Shown here piece after piece: positions 1 through 10,000 of a DNA stretch of 64,000 bases. Within the stretch, counting starts at the first letter, position 1. Every line of letters starts with the position of its first letter. The DNA lies in NCBI RefSeq assembly GCF_000142905.1, contig NW_013657679.1, forward strand, positions 64,657-128,656, written 5' to 3'. Under the pieces are notes generated by a model. It made no database searches, had not been told where the DNA came from, and saw nothing but the letters and a program-made list of their open reading frames with translations. Made by a program: the position numbers and the translations under genes. The DNA comes from Thecamonas trahens ATCC 50062. Its lineage: Eukaryota; Protista; Apusomonadida.

Positions 1-1205
1 CGGTGCGGGCGACGCGGCGCTTGGGTGCGGCCAGCTTGTCGAGCGGAGTGGCTGGAATGTTGAACTCGAGCTTGCCCGACGGCGAGCGTCCGGTGGCACG
101 GTCGAGATACGAGCCGGCGAGGGTTGGGCGGCCGGTTCCGGCGTTAAAGTCGAGTGAGACGGCCTCAGCGCGAAAGGTAAGCACGTAAAACTGCGACGAG
201 ACGAGAGCTAGCGAGACGTGCGCATTGAGCTGCATCTCGAGCGGGTCGTCGACCTCGCCCCATTCCAGCCCGTTGATCAGCGAGCCGTCGCGGCCGTAGA
301 GAGTGACGGTACCCGGAGTGAGGATGGCGCGGACAACGTTGTGCCCGTCGGGGTCACCCGCCACATGACCGAGCCCTGCCCGCGCTCGCCAAAGGTGGCC
401 AGCGCGTGGCCACCAGACGGATGCATGTCGGCATACACAAATGTTGTCCGCTTTCCGCTCCGCCCCAGCGTGACGCTCATGGCCATGTTACCGGACGGGT
501 AGTAGACAAAGCCCGAGCCGTCGGGGAGAAAGCGCGCAGCCTTGCGCGATGCGTCATAGTCGATCTCGACCGGCGCACGGAGGTTGTCGTTGGAAAAGCC
601 CCTCGCGCGGCTGCGCTCCAGCACACCGTGCGTATCAGGCGCGGAGCCGTTTTTGGTCCGCTTCACGCCCGACGACGGGCTACCAGCAGCAAAGGCATCG
701 GATTCTGGCGAGAACGGCGCGTTCCGAGGCGAGAGACCTTGATCGAGATGGTCGGGCGCCATTGTCTCTCCATCACCTCTTTCTAGGGAGAACGACAAGG
801 TCTTTGCCACCTCTTTCCTCGGCTCGTTGACCTTGTCTTTGGCCTTGATGGATGTAGTCGAGCCATCCCTCCTAACAGCACCATGTCCATGACCACGAGT
901 CACAGCAGCCGCCACCACCGATGCTCGTCGACCACCACCCGCATCTGCAGCCATGGGAGTACTTGGTCGACTCGTCGAGCCACCATCGCCATCACCAGCA
1001 CTCCTGCCCTTGCTCTTATCCTTGCTCTTCCGCTTGCTCTTCTTCCCCTTGCCCTTGCTCTTTCCCCCATCACCACCACCAGTGCAAGGAATTGACCGAC
1101 GCTGCTGCAGTGTGACGTTTCTGGTGGTACAACGGCACCACCACCACCACCACCACCGGTGGTGCTCTTGCTCTTCTTCTTCCGCTTCTTCTTCCCCTTG
1201 CCCAT
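1..1205 (-). CDS. FAM194/ERICH6-domain protein, 3' end runs off the window; two frame breaks
   Basis: ATG at 1205 (MGKGKKKRKKK). FAM194-like 'RFLPDGSGFVYYPSGNMAMSV...LATFGERGQGSV'. After a +1 correction near 361 it continues 'YGRDGSLINGLEWGEVDDPLEMQLNAHVSL...GSYLDR...GKLEF' to the window edge. The frame is also broken by a 56-nt segment near 1081-1136. Confidence 0.55.
1083..1139. repeat. 57-bp direct repeat, copy 1 (copy 2 at 1693-1749)
   Basis: tgcaaggaattgaccgacgctgctgcagtgtgacgtttctggtggtacaacggcacc occurs identically twice. Confidence 0.95.
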
Positions 1206-1334
1206 GACTGTTCGAAGGGGAATATGGCTGGTGAGAGGAGTGAGGCTTGTGCTCTGGGGGCTGTGGCGGTGGCTGGGTGGGTGGGTGGCTGGAGGTATTT
1301 GGTGAGTTGGTGCTGTTGATCGGCAGAGGGCAAC

Positions 1335-1650
1335 GGTCGGTCGGTTGGTTGGTTGGTCGGCCAACTTGGTCGGCCAACTTGGTCGGCCACTCGGTCGGCC
1401 ACTCGGCCGATGGGTCGAACAATCGGTCGGCCACTCGGTCGGCCACTCGGTCGGCCACTCGGTCGGCCACTCGGTCGGCCAACTTGGTCGGCCACTCGGT
1501 CGAACACTCGGCCAATGGGTCGAACAATGGGTCGGCCACTCGGTCGGCCACTCGGTCGGCCAACTTGGTCGGCCACTCGGTCGAACAATCGGTCGGCCAC
1601 TCGGTCGAACACTCGGTCGGCCACTCGGCCGATGGAACGGCCACTCGGTC
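1335..1650. repeat. Minisatellite of 12-13-bp units (cggtcggccact, tggtcggccaact, ggtcgaacaatc variants)
   Basis: Directly visible tandem array of more than 20 variant units between two divergent genes. Confidence 0.95.
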
Positions 1651-1692
1651 CATGGGTGGGTCAATCCCGTGAAAGTGTGCCATCCACACACA

Positions 1693-1749
1693 TGCAAGGA
1701 ATTGACCGACGCTGCTGCAGTGTGACGTTTCTGGTGGTACAACGGCACC
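1693..1749. repeat. 57-bp direct repeat, copy 2
   Basis: Identical to 1083-1139. Confidence 0.95.
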
Positions 1750-1819
1750 GACGGTTGCCTTCCATACACACACACACACATACATATACACACGCACGTG
1801 CACCTGTCTACAACTCTCG

Positions 1820-4800
1820 ATGGACGGCTACTCCTCGGGTGCGCTTGTTGCGGCAGCAAAGGGTGGCGACTTGCCCAGTGTCCAGTCGTATGTCGTGGCA
1901 GGCGCGCCGCTGCAAGTTCTCCACGATTTGGGTGCAGAGGCGGCAGCGGGAGCTGCGGCCGGCGATGACGACTCCAACTCGGTACTCAAGATGGTGCAGA
2001 TGATGGAGGAAAGCTACGCCACTCGCGATACTCGGCCCACACCGACAGAGTTTGGCAAGGATAGGACGGCGGCCTTACTTGCCGCCGCGGGTTCGGGTCA
2101 TGATCATGTGGTGGCCTGGTTGATCGACAGTGCAGGGGCAGGTGTGAACGATGCAGCTGGCAATGGCACGACTGCGCTCGTGCACGCCGCCAGTGCTGGT
2201 CATCTAGACGTCGTCAAGTGGCTTGTCGACTCGATGGGTGCGCAAGTCGACAAGGCGTGTTTCGATGGGACGACCGCGGTGGTTGCCGCCTCTGCCGCCG
2301 GCCACCTCGACATCGTCGAATGGCTCGTCGAGTCAGCCGACGCCAGTGTAGGCGACGTTCCACGCGGTGACAAGTGCGCACTGTCTTCAGCTGTCAATCA
2401 TGGGCACACCGACATTGTCCGCTACTTGGTCGAGACGTCAGGAATCGACCTCTCGCATGAGTCCAAGGGCATCGCACACATGGTGCGCGCGGCGTCACGT
2501 GGCTATGTCGACACCGTCAGGCTCCTTGCGGGCGTTGTCGGTCTCGCCGACACAGGCAATACAGATCCACTGTTTGCTGCAGTCAGAGCTGGCTGCGTTG
2601 CCGTTGTGCAGTGTCTGGTACAAGAGTTTGGTCTCGACGTTAACGCTGTCAAGGGGCGGCGTCGTGAGATGGCTCTTGCCATCGCTGCCGGACGAGGTGA
2701 TCTTGTCATGGTTACCTGGCTGGTCAACAAGGGCAGTGCCGACTTGTCATCGCCTGCGCCCATCCTCTGTGCGGCGGCTTCCGGCCATCTGAACGTTGTG
2801 CAGTGGTTCATCACCGAGAAGGGCGTCGACGTAGACATCCGTGGGCCAGACGGCCACACGCCACTCCTCTCAGCCGTGACGAAAGACAGGGTCAACGTCG
2901 CGCAGTGGCTTGTCGCCAACGGAGCAAGCGTGAATGTTTGTACCAGTACCAGTGCCCATCGGGGCGGCGGGACAGCACTGCACTTGGCCATCAAGAAGCT
3001 CCGTGGTGATGATGCCTTGGTCCGTTGGCTTGTATCGGAAAGCCACGCCGATCCGAACATCACTGACGTGGCAGGCGTCACACCACTGCTCCTTGCCATC
3101 CGCGAGCACAAGTCGTTTGATTTCATCAACTGGCTGGTCTGTGAAGGGCGTGCGGATGTCAACAAGGCCGATGCAAAGGGGGACGTTCCGTTGCTGGCCG
3201 CTCTTCGCAGCAACAAGATCGACGTTGTCCGCTTGCTTGTCGACCGCGGTTCGGCAGACATTAACGCCGTCAACAACCGCGGCGTCTCGCCACTCATTCT
3301 GGCCGCACGCCAAGACAAGCACAAGGTTGCTGACATGCTGTTGGATCTCGGGGCCGACGCGACTGCAATCGCCGTCGACGGGCAGGGCCCGCTGCATTTC
3401 GCTGCTGCCAAAGGGCGCCTCGTTTGGTCCGTCGTCTGTTGGACAGTGGCGTACATGTAGACAGTGCTAACGGATGGTCAGTATCACCGCTGCATCTGGC
3501 AGCCGAGGTCGGCCACATGAAGGTCGTGCGCGAGCTTGTTGGGCGCGGGGCAGACTTGCACAAGCCGCGAAGCAACGGGTTTTCCCCGATATTCGACGCT
3601 GTCGCTGCCGGCCACATTGCCATTGCCACTTGGATGGTGTGCGAGTCGCTGGCGCGGGGCGGAACGGCACTCTCTCGGGAAACCGTCTCGTACGTCGTCG
3701 ATCGCGGCATCGACTTGCTTGCTCCGGATGAAGATGGACGCCGTGCGCCTGCACTTGCCTGGCGCGCCGACTCTGCCGCGCTTGCCACTCCGCTGGTCAA
3801 CTCCATTGATTTCCCGGCCCAAGGTCGCGTGGCAGTCGATCCCTCCCGGAACGACTCGATCAACCGCGCCACGGCGGTTCTCGTGACATGCATTCACGCC
3901 GCACTCGCTTCCTCCAATGCTGAGCCGCTCACACCGACTCGCATAACCGAGCTTGTCAAATGCGGCGCTCAGCTCGACGACATCATCGATGGTCGCGATT
4001 ACAGCTTTTTCGGTATCGCTGTCATCGACGTCTTGGCTACGCACTTACAACGCGTTGATCTCCCTCGCTCTCCTGTTGCTGCTCTGTTTGGACCAGACCT
4101 GCTCACAGTGGATGTTTTGCCTCCGCCGCGGCTCGGCCATGAGAGCATAGACTTATCGCTGCCTGACTCTGCGATAATCTCGAATGGTGACATCTCCATA
4201 GATGAGACGACACTGCTTGGCGCGTCGCTGTTTGGCCGCGTCCATCCAGGCATCTTCCACGGCACCCAAGTAGCCGTTAAGGCGCTGCCCGGCTTTATCA
4301 CCGATGACGACATTGCTGACGTGTTCAAAGCCGAGGTGACGGTGTTAGGGAAGTTGCGTCATCCCAACATCCTGCTTTTTATCGCCACCTGTCTTGACCT
4401 GACCCGGCCGCTGATCGTGACAGAGTACATGGAGCGTGGCACGCTGACCGAGCTTCTCGCCGACGATCAGGTCTCGCTCTCGATGTCAACCAAGATCTCA
4501 CTGGCGGCCGATGTCGCCCGGGGCATGGCGTACCTGCACGGTATCTGCCCGCCGATTGTCCACCGCGACCTCAAATCGCCGAATGTGCTCGTGTCCGGCA
4601 CTGGCGAGCGCCTCCTAGCCAAAGTCTCGGACTTTGGCTTTTCGCGGTCGTTGTCGTCGGCTTCGGTCATGGCAACAACGACCGGCTCTCCCCGATGGAT
4701 GGCGCCCGAGGTCATCCTGAGTGCCACTGCGGAGGGCTACTCGCACAAGGTTGATGTCTACTCATTTGGCATTGTGCTGTGGGAGATTCTGGCCAGGCAG

Positions 4801-5613
4801 CTCCCGTACCCCGAGACGCCGGTAGGCGCCAACGAGTTGGCTGTTGCCGTGGCCGCCGCCACGCAAGGCAAGCGCCCGTCGCTTGACGCTATTGATGCAC
4901 CATTGGCAATCGTGGATCTTGTCACACGCTGCTGGGATGTAGATCCGGCAGCGCGCCCCGAGTTTAGCGACATCCTGACGGTTCTTGCGGTCACTCTCGA
5001 CGCACTTCCGCCCATCAAGCGATGGGATGTGTTCATCTGCCACGGCGGCGGCGACAAGGGCGCAGCTCGCGAACTCTACGACAACCTGATTGCTCGCGAG
5101 CTGCGGGTTTTTCTCGACGTGCACTCGCTAGACGGCGAGCGCTGTGAGTGCCCGGACGATCTGGCAGCTCAGGTCCGGGCCTCGCGTGTCGTCGTCGTTC
5201 TTGTCTCCAAGTTCATGCTCGTCTCACGTTGGGCCGTTGCAGAAGCCAGAGCTGCGCTTGAAGCCGCCGATTCCGGGCACGTGGTCATTTTCCCGGCCTT
5301 TATCGGCCAGGATGTCACCCTCGAGACACTCGCCCATTATGGCGAGGTGAAGACAGACGATCCGCACCATCCGCTCCTCTCGCTCATGGACACCTTTTTC
5401 CACGCACCGCACCAGCAGACCTTGCACGACACATGGCGACACTCTGACCTCGATGCGGAAAAGAAGGCCCATCACGTTGCTGTCGCCTACGATCTCAAAC
5501 GGTATGGCCTGGCCACCTACGACTATCAGACCATCTCACCGACGCGCGCCCTCGTTAATATCGCCGACCGAGTCTTCAACCTTGCCGACTCACCGCAGGC
5601 CTCCTCATCATGA
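1820..5613 (+). CDS. Ankyrin-repeat / TKL protein kinase / TIR-domain protein (one frameshift near 3423)
   Basis: About 15 ankyrin repeats (TALVHAASAGHLDVVKWLV, TPLLSAV, SPLHLAAEVGH). Kinase motifs VAVK, HRDLKSPN, DFG, GSPRWMAPE, DVYSFG. C-terminal TIR 'WDVFICH...DK...LRVFLD...SRVVVVLVSK...SRWAVAE'. ORFs 1820-3460 and 3424-5613 join within one ankyrin repeat if TTT at 3423-3425 is TTTT. Confidence 0.88.
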
Positions 5614-5838
5614 TACCCCACACAAGCCCATCACCTTCTCTTCCACGCTTATGATTCACCCATCATCAAATCAAACATGCCGTGAGTCCTGACCGGGAAG
5701 CCGACGCGACAGCCTCAACCCGACGCGGCAGTCTGCCGACTCGCGGACCGACGGATCGACGGCGGCGGGCGCGGATCCCACCCGACTCGACGGCCTCCGC
5801 CCCGCCCCGCCCCTGGCCACCCCACAGCCACCCACCCC

Positions 5839-7017
5839 ATGCTTCGAATCCTTCGAGCGAGTGGACTAAGCTCCAGCTTTACACCTTTCCGGGCGCTGTT
5901 GTCGTCGTCGAGCTCTCCGGACCCTCAACGGGGACTGTCTGTGGTGTTCTTTGGTACTGATGACTTCTCACTTCCAGTTCTCAATGCTCTGGTGGAGGCC
6001 CGCGACTGCGATGGGAGTGTGGCATCGATCGAGGTGGTGGTGCCCAAGCTGAAGGATCCTTCCGCCAAGTGTACCATTGAATCTGTTGCTCGATCGGCTG
6101 GTCTTCGAGTCCATGTCCCCAATCGGAGGACTACCCTCAAGTACTGGGGCCTGCCCGGTGCCCCGCCTCCGGGCGGCTCGGACGGTGATGGCGACGATGA
6201 TGGCGAGCCTATGGAGATCGGTCCGCGATACGATGTTGGCGTTGTGGCTTCGTTTGGCTATCTCATTCGCCCGCACATTGCCTCGGCCTTTCGGCTTGGC
6301 ATCATCAATGTCCACCCGTCAGACTTGCCGCGCCACCGCGGCCCGGCCCCTCTTCATCACACCATTCTCGCTGGCGATACCACGACGGCTGTCTGTCTCA
6401 TCGACGTCGATCCGACTGCGTTTGATGTTGGCGCTCTGCTCGCCCGTTCGCCCCTTGATCTCACTACCCTCCCGGACACTCCGTTCCCACCACCGCTTCC
6501 GGTCCTCTCGTCGACGCTGGCCGGTACTGGCGGCAAGCTCGTTCGCTCGGCGCTGCGGTCATGGAACGCGACACTCGACGCGGCTGTCGACCAAGATCGG
6601 CTGGGTGCCGAGCCGAGCCACGCACCCAAGGTGAGCAAGGACGACGCAATTGTGCCGTGGGCCACCGCACCGGCCGCGCACGTCCTCCGCCTCCACCGCG
6701 CCTTTGCCGGCTCGTTTGACGCCCAAGCGTTTGTGACGCTACCGGCGCGCCGCAAGCCGGACGGCGCCCGCAAGCGGGTCAAACTGCTCGAGCTTGATGT
6801 AGTCGCTGCCGGCGATCCAGCAGCTGGAGACGCCGCTCAGTTGGCACCGGGCACGATCGCCTTCGACAAGCCGCGTAAGAGGCTATTGGTCGGCACTGCT
6901 GACGCCGTGGGCGTCGCCGTCGGCTCGCTGCAGGTTGAGGGCAAGGCCCCGTGCTCGGCCGTCGACTTTGCCAACGCCTATCTCCGCCGGCTGCTAGGCT
7001 CCGGCTTTGTGGTTTAG
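5839..7017 (+). CDS. MTFMT: Methionyl-tRNA formyltransferase, mitochondrial
   Basis: VVFFGTDDFS, VVASFG, INVHPSDLPRHRGPAPL, APKVSKDD, LQVEGK; N-terminal R/S/L-rich presequence. Confidence 0.93.
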   Translation: MLRILRASGLSSSFTPFRALLSSSSSPDPQRGLSVVFFGTDDFSLPVLNALVEARDCDGSVASIEVVVPKLKDPSAKCTIESVARSAGLRVHVPNRRTTLKYWGLPGAPPPGGSDGDGDDDGEPMEIGPRYDVGVVASFGYLIRPHIASAFRLGIINVHPSDLPRHRGPAPLHHTILAGDTTTAVCLIDVDPTAFDVGALLARSPLDLTTLPDTPFPPPLPVLSSTLAGTGGKLVRSALRSWNATLDAAVDQDRLGAEPSHAPKVSKDDAIVPWATAPAAHVLRLHRAFAGSFDAQAFVTLPARRKPDGARKRVKLLELDVVAAGDPAAGDAAQLAPGTIAFDKPRKRLLVGTADAVGVAVGSLQVEGKAPCSAVDFANAYLRRLLGSGFVV

Positions 7018-10000
7018 TGGCACTCTTCAGAGTAGCTACCGTCGGTAGACGAAGACTGAAAGTCAGATTCGTCCGAGTCGGCGTCAGACGAGACCACAGA
7101 GAGTGTCCGGGGAGAGGGGGACGCTGAGATTGTGCCACCTGGCTCAACCGAGATACAGACTGAGACCGAAGACTGAGAGCCGCCACCGATGCGGAGGTCG
7201 GGCACGCCCGAGACATCATGGCGCGGAGTGATTGAGACCGAGATCGGCGACGTCGGGGTGGTTGGCGTCGACGGCACGCCGGGCCGGCGCAGGAGTTCGA
7301 TGGGAAGTGCGGAGCGGACCTCGTCAAACGCGCGCTGTAGAGTGGCGGGCGTGCATGGCTTGGTAAGAAAGCCATCGCATCCGGCCTCGTAGCATGCCGC
7401 GCGGTCCTCCTCGGTGACATTGCCGGTAAGCGCGTAAATTGGGGTGTACGGGCGCGACGGGTCAGCCGCGAGCGCCTCCTTCTCCCACGCCCGGAACTTG
7501 GCGGTCACTTCGGTCCCGCGCATGACCGGCATGGAAATGTCCATAAATACCAGGTCATATGTCGGAGTCTCTGTGGTGAGCAGCATGTCATGGGCCTCGC
7601 CACCGTCGCACGCCACTGTCACTGTGTGGCCCATCTTCTCCAGCAGCCGCTTGCCGACCTTGCGGTTGATGACGTTGTCTTCCACAAACAGAACGTGCAT
7701 CGGCCCATCGCGGTTGCGCGGGCGGGCCGATCTTGTCGACGGGCGGGAGGCTGCCGCGGCGTCGGCGCTGCTGCTGGCGGGCGCAGAGCCGGCCAGCTCG
7801 CTCGAGGTCCGAGATGTCTTCTTTGGCGAGACGGCCTCGGGAACCGTCTGCAGCGGTGTGGACGTCGCAAGCGGGCGCGACGGCTCTGATTCGCCCGAGA
7901 GCAGCTGCGAAATCGATTTGCGCCGCGCCCGCGGGTTGTTGGTCGTCCGCACTCGCAGCTTGGCCGGCTTGGTCGGCGACGATATGATGGATGCTACAGG
8001 TGCGGGAATGGCGAGGTTGGCGACGTGGTCATGCGAAGACGGCTGAGAGAGGATGGCGATGGGCGGAAAGTTGCGCCCGGGGCTCTTGCTTCGCGGCGAG
8101 AGGTGCTCCACACCCTCGGTGTGTGCAGAGAGCTGGAGCGGGCAGACGATGGAGAACGAGGCTGTCGTGCCGACGTCCGGCTCCGAGGTGATGTGCAGTT
8201 GCGAGCCCATGCCTGCAAGCGAGTGGACGACGTTGTAGAGGCCGATGCCCGAGCCCCCGCCCTCCTCAATTGGCTTGTGGGCGTAGAGCGTGCCGATGCG
8301 GGCCAGCTCAGCCGGCGACATGCCACAGCCAGTGTCGCGGACAACGAAATGAATGGTGGCCGAGAGCGTGCCCGAGATCTCGCCTTGGTCGGCCGGGCTT
8401 GCTGTCATGAAGCGGACCTCCAGCTCGACCGTGCCTTCTTCGGTAAACTTGATGGCGTTAGTGAGGAGGTTCATGACCGCCCGTAACAGCCGTGGCGCGT
8501 CGCAAACGACGGGCGGGATGAACTCGGGCAGTGTGACGTTGAGCACTACGTTGGCCTTGTGTGAGGTCGAGTAGCGGAGGACCGAGATGAGAGCCTCGAG
8601 GCGCGAAAGGAGCGCACACGGCGCGAGTTCCAGGTCGATGCCGCCGTGCTTGATGGCCTCGACGTCGAGGACGTTGGAGATGATCATTTCAACCATCTGC
8701 GCCGACGCTGAGATGATGTCGACGAGCTCGAGCGAGTCGGCGATGTCGAGCCGGAACGAGTCATTAGAATCGCCACCAGCCGGGCCCTTGGAGCCGAACG
8801 AGCGCGCCGAGCTTATTGAGTGGTTGCGCCGCAGCTCGCCGTCGGACGAGTGCGAGTTGAGCGAGTGCGAGGTGGTCGGACGACCCTTGGACGGTGACGT
8901 CGGTGGCGACACAGAGTCCGGCGGCACCAACGTGCCGGCGACCGACGACGGCCGGCGGCGCGGCTCGGGCGAGGTCGGCGAGGTCGAGTTAGGCCGGACG
9001 TCGGAACTGGTCATCGTGATGGGCGCCGAGTCGGCTGTCGGCGACGAGTCGGACGGCGAGCTGTCGCGGAACGAAGTGGCGCCGTCCCACGCATCGGTGG
9101 CGGGGGCGTACTCGAGCAGGTTTGAATGGAGGAGGAGGGCGGCAGAGGTGACGCCTTGTAGCGGGGTGCGGATGTCGTGGGAGGTGCACCGCAGGAACTC
9201 CTGCAGCGCCTGCCGCTCGATCTGGTCCGACTCGCGCTCCGAGGCGAGCTTAAAGTTGCGGACCGTCTCTACCAGGAGCTGTTTCTCCGGCGTGACGTCC
9301 TGGTAGGTGATGAGGTACTCATCATCGATGATGGCGACAACGTCCATGCGAAAGTAGCGGACCGGGCGCGACTCGCCACAGTCCATCGAGTCGTCGTCGA
9401 CAATGCCGCCGTTCTCGGCAGAGGTGCGGACAGCAACCTCGCGGCCGTGAACAGACTCGCCGGCGAGCAGCAGCGGGGCAAGCGTCGAGAGAAAGTCGAG
9501 CGAGGCGCCGAGCTCCGAGAGCGCGGTTCCAGCCAGGGGCGCAAGGTCGATGTTCAGCGGGAGGTCGAGAAACTCGGCCATTCGCGAGTTGATGGTGAGA
9601 CAGACCGTGGCGTCGAGGATAGCGACCTCGAGTATGCTCGCCGGGTCGAGCTCATGCGGCGGAGGGCGCGAGACAAGGAGCACGCCGAGATCGAGCGAGC
9701 CGACAAGCGAGGTCAGCCGCCGCGCGTTGGCGAGCGAGACCAGCGCAGACGTGTTGTCCACTTCGAGCACGCCCATAACGGCCGCAGACGTCGCGGTTTT
9801 GACAAGGAAAATAGTGGCGTCGATCATGACAAGTGCACCCGAGTTGGTGAACCGACGGTAGCGTGCGTGGCAGGTGAATCGCGAACCGGGCCTAGCACCC
9901 TCGGCCGCCGCCGCCGCGTACATCGTGTCTTTGAACTCGAGATCGTCTGGATGAACAGACTTCCACACGTCGGTCCCGACGAGCGAGTCCGACTCGAGGA

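Noticed and set aside
1335-1650. Repeat array as a CRISPR array or as EWPT/ADRV repeat proteins
   Set aside because: No unique spacers, no cas genes, eukaryotic context; ORFs are open in many frames only because the repeat lacks stops
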